Assembly (NCBI GenBank): GCA_027031765.1
Contig: JALVPN010000064.1
Coordinates: forward strand, 1 to 5,704
Source: Promethearchaeota archaeon
Lineage (GTDB): Archaea > Asgardarchaeota > Thorarchaeia > Thorarchaeales > Thorarchaeaceae
Direction of reading: 5' to 3'
Length of the DNA stretch: 5,704 nucleotides
The translations under genes were made by a program, and so were the position numbers. The stretch's first letter is position 1. Each line of letters begins with the position of its first letter. The notes below the pieces were generated by a model. It did not search any database and was not told the origin of the DNA. It was given only the letters and a program-made list of their open reading frames with translations. This document shows positions 1 to 5,403 of this stretch, one piece after another.

Positions 1-1305
1 GTCATACACAGCGAGGGTGTAGTTGTACACGCCCGTGGCAAGACCGTCCACCCCGACCGTGATGGTCCCGCCTGTCCAGGCGCCACTCCCCAACAGGCTG
101 CCATTGCGGTACACCTCGTAGCTGGACGGCGCGACGTCGGATGGCGTCCACGTGATGCTGTTGCCGGTGGTGCCTTCGACGTAGGACAGGTCGGGTGGGT
201 GGTCTATGGTGGGTGGCGTCAGGCCGGGCAGCGTAACAGTCACCATCACGGTGTCAGAGCCCCAGTTCCCAGAGGTGTCCCCGACCACGACCGTAAAGTT
301 GTATGTCCCGACTGCCAGCAAGTCCACGTTGACGACTATCGGCCCCCCGTCCCACTGGGCAGACCACAGCAGTGTGCCGTTGCGGTAGACCTCGTATCCA
401 TGTGGGTGGAGGTCTGAAGGGTGCCACGTGATGGTGTGTCCGGTGGTGCCCTGTTCGTACTCGATGTCCGGTGGGTGGCTGGGATCCGGTGGCGTGGTGT
501 CCTCCACAATGACGTACACGGTGTCGGAGTCACTGTAACCAGCAGAGTCCCACACGACAATGGTATAGTTGTACGCGCCCATGGCAAGACCGTCTATGTC
601 TACGGAGACCGCTTCTCCAGACCAGCTCCCAGCTGCTATGGTGCTCCCATTGCGGTAGACCGTGTAGCTGTGGGGGTGGCGGTCCCAGGGGTGCCAGGTC
701 ACCCTGTGTCCGGTTGTGCCCTCCTCATAGTTGATGTCCGGCGGGTGGTCAAGCACAGGTGCCGTCTGGTCCTGCACCACCACGATGACAGTGTCGGAGC
801 CGGTGTTCCCGAAGGTGTCGGTGACGACGATGGTGTAGTTGTAGGCCCCAACGGTGAGCCAGTCGACATTGACACTCACATCCCCTCCGTCCCAGTCCGC
901 AGACCACAGCAGTGTGCCGTTGCGGTACACCTCGTATCTGGACGGGTTGTCATCGTACGGCGACCAGACGAGCACATGTCCCGTCGTCCCCTCCTCGTAG
1001 ACTATGTCCTGTGGGTGGTCTATCGTAGGTGGGACTGTGGTCACGACCGTCACGAAGACCGTGTCCTGCACCCAGTTCCCGACCACATCGTACACGAGGA
1101 CGGTGAGGTTGTGGACACCCACACTGAGTCCGTCAATGTCTACAGTAATGGTCCCGCCGGGCCAGTCGCCAGATGCGAGGGGCGACCCGTTGCACAGCAC
1201 GGTGTAGTCCGAGGGGTGCGCATCCGAGGGCGTCCATACCACTGTGTTCCCCGTCGCCCCGACCTCGTACTCGACATCCGCGGGATGGTCAATAGTCGGG
1301 GGGTC
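1..1305 (-). repeat. Tandem array of >=5 ~90-aa Ig-like/beta-sandwich repeats (R1 1305-1036, R2 1035-766, R3 765-496, R4 495-220, R5 219-1 truncated)
   Basis: The conserved His of the HPxD motif falls at 1287, 1017, 747, 477 and 201 (spacings 270, 270, 270, 276 nt). Consensus: P-x-I-D-H-P-x-D-x-x-Y-E-x-G-T-T-G-x-x-x-x-W-x-P-x-D-x-x-P-x-x-Y-x-V-Y-R-N-G...W-x-G...V-D-x-L-x-x-G-x-Y-N-Y-T-x-x-V-x-D-x-x-G-N...D-T-V-x-V-x-V. The Ig-like fold is inferred from length and the beta-strand pattern. Confidence 0.88.
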
Positions 1306-3192
1306 GTTGTCGGGCGGCCATATCATGGGGTGGTAGTCGATGGCGGCAGCAGAGCCCGAGATGTTGTAGACACCCCTGCCACCATAGTCAGACCAGTAGT
1401 TCCCGGTCCCGGTGGTGTTCCACCTGTTGTCTGTCCCGTCGTCCTGCGCATTGCCACCTGTGTTCCACGCTATGACGTTGCCATATACCAGGTTCTTGAA
1501 GGGACTCGGGCTCCCTGTGATCATGACCCCGACACCGTTGTCCTGCACCGTGTTGTTGGCAACGGTGTTGTCGTGCGCTCCGCTCTCCATCCGGACACCG
1601 TTGTCACCACTGGACCGGACCGTATTGTTGGACACAGTGTTGAGGTATGCAAGACCTTTCAGTAGCACCCCGTGCTGCACGCTCGACTGGACAGTGTTGT
1701 CCATCACCTCGTTGTGGTCACCGCCCCAGACCTCCACACCATGCCGACCGGATCCTGTGATGTTGTTACCGGTCACGGTATTGCCTGCTGAATAGTAGAG
1801 CCAGACACCGTTCCCACCGTTGGCAGAAATGTTGTTGCCCACTATCTCGTTGTCTGGCGAGTGGTCGAGGAGTATGGCGTTGTCATCGCTGTCAGACACA
1901 GTATTGTTCGCAATGACATTGGCAGAGGAGGAGCCCTCAAGCCGCACCCCGTTCTGACATGAATGGATGGTGTTGTTGGCAAGCACGTTGTGAGCCGAAC
2001 CGCTCTTCAGTGTCACGCCGAATATGGCGCCTGACAGCACCCGGTTGTCCACTATCCGGTTGTAGTCGGCCGACGAGAGCTCCACTCCATACTGTACGCT
2101 GTCGGAGATGTTGTTCCGTGCCACCGTGCCGTTGTCGGACACGTAGAGCTTCACACCGTCACCGCCAGAGGCGGACACTGTATTCTCCACTATGGTGCAA
2201 CCAGACGAGTACTCGGCGAGTATGGCAGTGTCTGAGCTATCGTAGATGCTGTCGTTGGCCACCGTGCAGTTGGTCGTGTGCGTGAGGTACACTCCGGCGT
2301 GTCTGGTGGCGTTCAGCGTGCTGTCCAGTATGCTGCAGTTGTGAGAGTACGCCACTTGGGCCGCGATGTCCACACTGGCAGCTACAAGACCACTGACCGT
2401 GACACCCGTACAGTTCGCAAGAACAACCTGTCCATAGTCGGTGCCGTTGACAACCGCACCGGTGACGTTCCAGAAGTAACCGAGGGCCTTTCCGTTCACA
2501 GTGTTGTCCGCCGTGACGTCCTGCCGGTAGTGCTCAAGGTCAGTGCCCTGTATCACCAGCCCGCACTGGACGAACGTATTGTTCATCACCGTGTTCCAGC
2601 CTGACCGGTCCGAACGCACACCACCCGCACCACCTGCAAAGACCGTGTTGTCCACCAGAGTGTTGTTGAGAGATGTGGTCAGCTGCATACTGTACTGGTC
2701 ACTTGATGTGACAGTGTTGTTCTCCAGTGTGTTGTACGTGGAGTCGACAAGGTATAGCCCATACCTCTTGCCGGAGACCTGACACCCCGTGACCGTCCCA
2801 TGTGTGACGTTGTCAAGGTGTACTCCGTCACCAGAGGTGCCACCCGTGAGCAGACAGGCCCGGACCACGAAGTAGGCACTCGTATCCGATATCGAGATAC
2901 AGTGACCGCTGGTGGTTATGTTCAGCCCCTCAATGACATACGGGTCGGACTGAGTACCGTTGCCAGGCCAGCCCTGGGCCGCAAAGTCGCTGTCCGAGGC
3001 TATCGTGACCGGGCTGTGGGACACGTAGGCCACGGTGTCCAACAGGGTGCGCTCAGGCCCTCCTGATTCCCGGCCTGTCCCTCCGCAGCCGCTCACCGGG
3101 CATGCTTGCTGCTCGGACAACACCCCAGCAGTTACAACTAGCACAACGAGTGGCATGCTCAACAGGAGTAGTCTTAGAGGACGGCGCTCCAA
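1..3192 (-). CDS. Large secreted cell-surface protein: signal peptide + right-handed parallel beta-helix (NosD/CASH-like) + >=5 tandem Ig-like domains; 3' end lies beyond the left edge of the window
   Basis: I translated the reverse complement of the + strand triplets starting at position 1 and found no stop from 3216 down to 1; the upstream in-frame TAG is at 3217-3219. Sequence begins (TTG 3192) MERRPLRLLLLSMPLVVLVVTAGVLSEQQA. It contains DFAAQGWPGNGTQSDPYVIEGL (2988-2923), DNTVNGKALGYFWN (~2508-2467), regular Asn-ladder rungs, GNYWSDY (1404-1384) and ~90-aa repeats such as PPTIDHPPDLSYVEGTTGNSITW. The start is uncertain: GTG 3201, GTG 3195, TTG 3192 or ATG 3156. Confidence 0.95.
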   Translation of the reverse strand, partial: MERRPLRLLLLSMPLVVLVVTAGVLSEQQACPVSGCGGTGRESGGPERTLLDTVAYVSHSPVTIASDSDFAAQGWPGNGTQSDPYVIEGLNITTSGHCISISDTSAYFVVRACLLTGGTSGDGVHLDNVTHGTVTGCQVSGKRYGLYLVDSTYNTLENNTVTSSDQYSMQLTTSLNNTLVDNTVFAGGAGGVRSDRSGWNTVMNNTFVQCGLVIQGTDLEHYRQDVTADNTVNGKALGYFWNVTGAVVNGTDYGQVVLANCTGVTVSGLVAASVDIAAQVAYSHNCSILDSTLNATRHAGVYLTHTTNCTVANDSIYDSSDTAILAEYSSGCTIVENTVSASGGDGVKLYVSDNGTVARNNISDSVQYGVELSSADYNRIVDNRVLSGAIFGVTLKSGSAHNVLANNTIHSCQNGVRLEGSSSANVIANNTVSDSDDNAILLDHSPDNEIVGNNISANGGNGVWLYYSAGNTVTGNNITGSGRHGVEVWGGDHNEVMDNTVQSSVQHGVLLKGLAYLNTVSNNTVRSSGDNGVRMESGAHDNTVANNTVQDNGVGVMITGSPSPFKNLVYGNVIAWNTGGNAQDDGTDNRWNTTGTGNYWSDYGGRGVYNISGSAAAIDYHPMIWPPDNDPPTIDHPADVEYEVGATGNTVVWTPSDAHPSDYTVLCNGSPLASGDWPGGTITVDIDGLSVGVHNLTVLVYDVVGNWVQDTVFVTVVTTVPPTIDHPQDIVYEEGTTGHVLVWSPYDDNPSRYEVYRNGTLLWSADWDGGDVSVNVDWLTVGAYNYTIVVTDTFGNTGSDTVIVVVQDQTAPVLDHPPDINYEEGTTGHRVTWHPWDRHPHSYTVYRNGSTIAAGSWSGEAVSVDIDGLAMGAYNYTIVVWDSAGYSDSDTVYVIVEDTTPPDPSHPPDIEYEQGTTGHTITWHPSDLHPHGYEVYRNGTLLWSAQWDGGPIVVNVDLLAVGTYNFTVVVGDTSGNWGSDTVMVTVTLPGLTPPTIDHPPDLSYVEGTTGNSITWTPSDVAPSSYEVYRNGSLLGSGAWTGGTITVGVDGLATGVYNYTLAVYD
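1384..2988 (-). repeat. Parallel beta-helix region (two segments, roughly 17-20 rungs) within the surface-protein CDS
   Basis: The small residue of the G/A-[VI]-x-[LVMI] strand motif recurs at 2293, 2224, 2155, 2086, 2017, 1948, 1876, 1807, 1738, 1669, 1597 and 1528, i.e. spacings of 69 nt (nine times) and 72 nt (twice), each rung with an N-x-[VI]-x-x-N-x-[VI]-like turn. About 5-6 further rungs lie at 2901-2560. The region is capped by GNYWSDY. Confidence 0.9.
3103..3192 (-). other. N-terminal signal peptide of the surface protein
   Basis: A basic n-region (ERRPLR) is followed by a hydrophobic h-region (LLLLSMPLVVLVVTAGVL) and a polar c-region (SEQQA). This favours a TTG/GTG start over ATG 3156, which would lack an n-region. 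Confidence 0.7.
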
Positions 3193-3223
3193 CACCCACA
3201 CGTCCTTGGCACAGCCCTATGTA

Positions 3224-3252
3224 TGCACCTGTTTTGCCAAAAACTTTGTGCA
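3224..3252. promoter_or_regulatory. AT-rich imperfect inverted repeat upstream of the surface-protein gene (candidate promoter/operator)
   Basis: The sequence is tgcac-ct-gtttt-gcca-aaaac-ttt-gtgca, with two pairs of 5-nt inverted arms. It is the most AT-rich patch of the divergent intergenic region and lies 23-51 nt upstream of GTG 3201. Confidence 0.3.
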
Positions 3253-3543
3253 CCAATCAACGGACCGCTACTGCTAACCGACATCTTGGTCGTAGTGGTG
3301 ACGCTGGGCCTGCTGAGCACGTGGTAGCACTTGGAGACCGCGTGGTGGCACTGGTGGCCGGCGTGCCATTGGGCCTGCCAGTGTCCCGACCACCCTCCCG
3401 GCGTGTTGTGTACGGTAGCTCGCACGGCTGTGGGTCAACGGTCACATGAGCGTCGGTGGACAGGTGGCTGACGCTGTGTCGTGGCTGCTGTGAGGGATAC
3501 CTTCTTTGGAGGGTATAGTGGTAGGCTGTAGTGCTGCTGACGG

Positions 3544-4020
3544 GTGGTGATAGGGATGCTATTGCCCGCAGTTGTTGGTGTGGTGATCGGTGCCCTCGTG
3601 AGGGGGCGCAGGACCGCCCTGACCTATGCCATTGCAGTTGCCTTGGTGGTCGGCACGCTTGCTGTCTTCGAGGTCTTCCTCCCACTCTCTCCTGTGTGCT
3701 ATGGCCCTAACCCGGACGTCATTGGTATCCCCATGTACCGCTACACGGCCGTGTACTTCGCCACTGTCAAGCTGGGCACGTTGCCAGTGCCGTTCGAGTA
3801 CTACGTGCCGGTGATATCCGCAGTCTTCTTCGGCATCGGTCTGTGTTCGGTCGTGGTGGGCATGGTTGTCGGACGGATGTCCGCACGGAAACGCGGGATG
3901 ACGGTGTTAGCAGTCTGGTGGGCACGCCCACATAGAGTGGGGCTGTGGGACTGCTGGAGGACCATACTCTGTCGTGACCGCTGCCAGTCCTCATGGGTTG
4001 GTGCTACTCCAAAGGAATAA
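3544..4020 (+). CDS. Hypothetical membrane protein, about 3 TM helices; the last ~40 aa are doubtful
   Basis: Hydrophobic segments at aa ~1-19, ~24-48 and ~88-110 are followed by basic residues (RGRR, RMSARKR), consistent with the positive-inside rule. In-frame stops at 3529 and 3538 fix the start at GTG 3544, GTG 3547 or ATG 3556. No family recognised. Confidence 0.7.
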   Translation: MVIGMLLPAVVGVVIGALVRGRRTALTYAIAVALVVGTLAVFEVFLPLSPVCYGPNPDVIGIPMYRYTAVYFATVKLGTLPVPFEYYVPVISAVFFGIGLCSVVVGMVVGRMSARKRGMTVLAVWWARPHRVGLWDCWRTILCRDRCQSSWVGATPKE

Positions 4021-4023
4021 AAG
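4009..4023 (+). promoter_or_regulatory. Candidate archaeal BRE/TATA-like promoter for the acyl-CoA dehydrogenase gene
   Basis: ccaaagg is followed by AATAAAA (4016-4022), an A/T island in GC-rich DNA about 36-42 nt upstream of ATG 4058. It overlaps the TAA of the upstream ORF and is not a perfect TTTAWA consensus. Confidence 0.35.
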
Positions 4024-4057
4024 CCGGATAGAGGCGCACAGGGGCAGGTAGACAGAG

Positions 4058-5260
4058 ATGGACTTCGCACTCACACAAGAGGAAAAGGAGCTCGCTGAGC
4101 GAGCAAGGGAGTTCACACGCGAGTACATCACACCGCGTGCCCACGAACTTGAGCGCCGGAACGAGTTCCCAATGGAGGTCGTACAGAAGGCCTACGAGGT
4201 AGGACTGATGAACCTGCACATCCCAGAGGAGGCCGGTGGGCCCGGGATGTCGCTCCTCGCAGAGACCCTGGTCTCCGAGGCCACTGGTTACGGCTGTGCT
4301 GGCATCGCGACGTCAATCATGTGCAACAACCTAGCGTTCGCGCCACTCGTCATTGCGGCGACCATTGACCAGTTGAAGGAGTACGTGCAGCCCCTGATAA
4401 CCGGCAAGAAAGTGCAGTTCGGTGCGTTCTGTCTGACCGAACGGAAGGCAGGCTCCGATGTCGCCTCGGTAGCCACCACGGCCGTGCGTGACGGCGACGA
4501 GTACATCATGAACGGCGTGAAGTGTTTCATCACCAACGCACCACAGGCATCACTGTTCACGGTCTTTGCCTCCACACAGCCTGAGTTGCGTCACAAGGGC
4601 CTGTCAGTATTCATGGTGCCCAAGACGAAGGGCGTCAAGATAGGCCATGTGGAGAACAAGATGGGACAGCTGAACTCCGTCCAGAGCGAGGTCGTATTCA
4701 AGGATGTCCGGGTGCCTGCTGAGTGCCTTGTCGGCAAGGAGGGTGAGGGCTTCAAGATTGCAATGATGACCCTTGACAAGACCCGGGCCGGGATTGCAGC
4801 CATTGCCACCGGGGTCGCCCAGCGTGCCCTCGATGAGGCCGCACGGTTTGCAAACATCCGCCACCAGTTCGGCCGGCCCATAGGCAAGTTCCAGGGCATC
4901 GGTTTCATGCTCGCCGCGATGGGGGCAAGGGCCTCGGCAGCAAGACTGCTCACAAGGTATGCTGCGTGGCTCGCAGACCACAACATGCCAGTGTCCAAGC
5001 ACTCCGCCTTTGCAAAGTTTTTCGCCTCGGACGCCGCAATGCAGAACGCCATCGACGCAGTGCAGATCATGGGCGGCTACGGGTACCTCACCGAGTACCC
5101 GGTGGAGAAGCTCGTCAGGGACGCAAAGCTGCTCCAGATATACGAGGGGACGAACCAGATCCAGCGCCTGGTCGCGGGCAATGCCATCCTCAAGGAGAGC
5201 GTCGACCTGGACACCGGGTTCCACGTCGAGTACCCCGGACGTGACGCGCCCCTGTTCTAG
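4058..5260 (+). CDS. Acyl-CoA dehydrogenase (FAD-dependent), MCAD/SCAD-type, 400 aa
   Basis: Family motifs are present: FCLTE-x-x-AGSD, NGVKCFITN, KMG...VVFKDVRVP, TLDKTRAGIAA, RHQFGRPI, GGYGYLTEYPVEKLVRDAK and QIYEGTNQIQR. The catalytic Glu is in the C-terminal IYEGT position (E363, nt 5144-5146), as in MCAD/SCAD. Confidence 0.97.
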   Translation: MDFALTQEEKELAERAREFTREYITPRAHELERRNEFPMEVVQKAYEVGLMNLHIPEEAGGPGMSLLAETLVSEATGYGCAGIATSIMCNNLAFAPLVIAATIDQLKEYVQPLITGKKVQFGAFCLTERKAGSDVASVATTAVRDGDEYIMNGVKCFITNAPQASLFTVFASTQPELRHKGLSVFMVPKTKGVKIGHVENKMGQLNSVQSEVVFKDVRVPAECLVGKEGEGFKIAMMTLDKTRAGIAAIATGVAQRALDEAARFANIRHQFGRPIGKFQGIGFMLAAMGARASAARLLTRYAAWLADHNMPVSKHSAFAKFFASDAAMQNAIDAVQIMGGYGYLTEYPVEKLVRDAKLLQIYEGTNQIQRLVAGNAILKESVDLDTGFHVEYPGRDAPLF

Positions 5261-5295
5261 GTGCCCTGTCCCCCGATGTTGATTCCCACCTCACC

Positions 5296-5403
5296 GGTGT
5301 CCCGGCCGTACATTGTGTCGACAATACGGCGGGTCGTGCGTCTTGCACGGACGAGACCGTCCCCCGGGCACGAGTGTTCCCGAACGGTCAGGCACGGGGC
5401 ACC
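5296..5403 (+). ncRNA. Candidate structured RNA / 3'-UTR element (four-way junction); not a canonical tRNA
   Basis: Hand-folded: a 9-bp closing stem (5296-5304 with 5395-5403, one G-U pair) encloses three hairpins at 5305-5330, 5335-5349 and 5355-5389. The strand is not determinable, and GC-richness raises the chance of spurious pairing. Confidence 0.25.

Noticed and set aside
16-594. Diversity-generating retroelement-like TR/VR pair: all three mismatches between 16-48 and 562-594 involve A
   Set aside because: The A is in different copies at different sites (not unidirectional), the changes are plain transitions, both copies are inside one CDS, and no reverse transcriptase is in view.
359-938. 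Near-identical 40-nt direct repeats as a possible CRISPR array
   Set aside because: There are only two copies, 540 nt apart and in frame within a protein repeat, with no spacer structure.
421-1665. 414-aa plus-strand ORF in the track
   Set aside because: It is the codon-aligned antisense shadow of the surface-protein gene; its Val/Gly/Arg/His-rich translation has no recognisable motifs, while the opposite strand shows clear domain periodicity.
199-3277. Other short ORFs overlapping the surface-protein gene (e.g. 199-417, 336-587, 1412-1795, 1959-2285, 2278-2604, 2800-3066)
   Set aside because: They lie within or overlap a strongly supported long CDS, have low-complexity composition, and are expected in GC-rich DNA.
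3509-3570. ggagggtatagtggtagg resembling a tRNA 5' end/D-loop
   Set aside because: There is no T-loop (GTTCRA), anticodon arm or acceptor-stem pairing downstream.
4128-5282. ORFs overlapping the dehydrogenase (4288-4575, 4591-5070, 4604-5224, 4959-5282, 4966-5244)
   Set aside because: They are antisense or alternate-frame shadows of an unambiguous conserved gene.
5261-5340. Intrinsic terminator after the dehydrogenase
   Set aside because: A hairpin exists but no oligo-T tract follows it or the stop codon, so neither a bacterial nor an archaeal terminator can be called.
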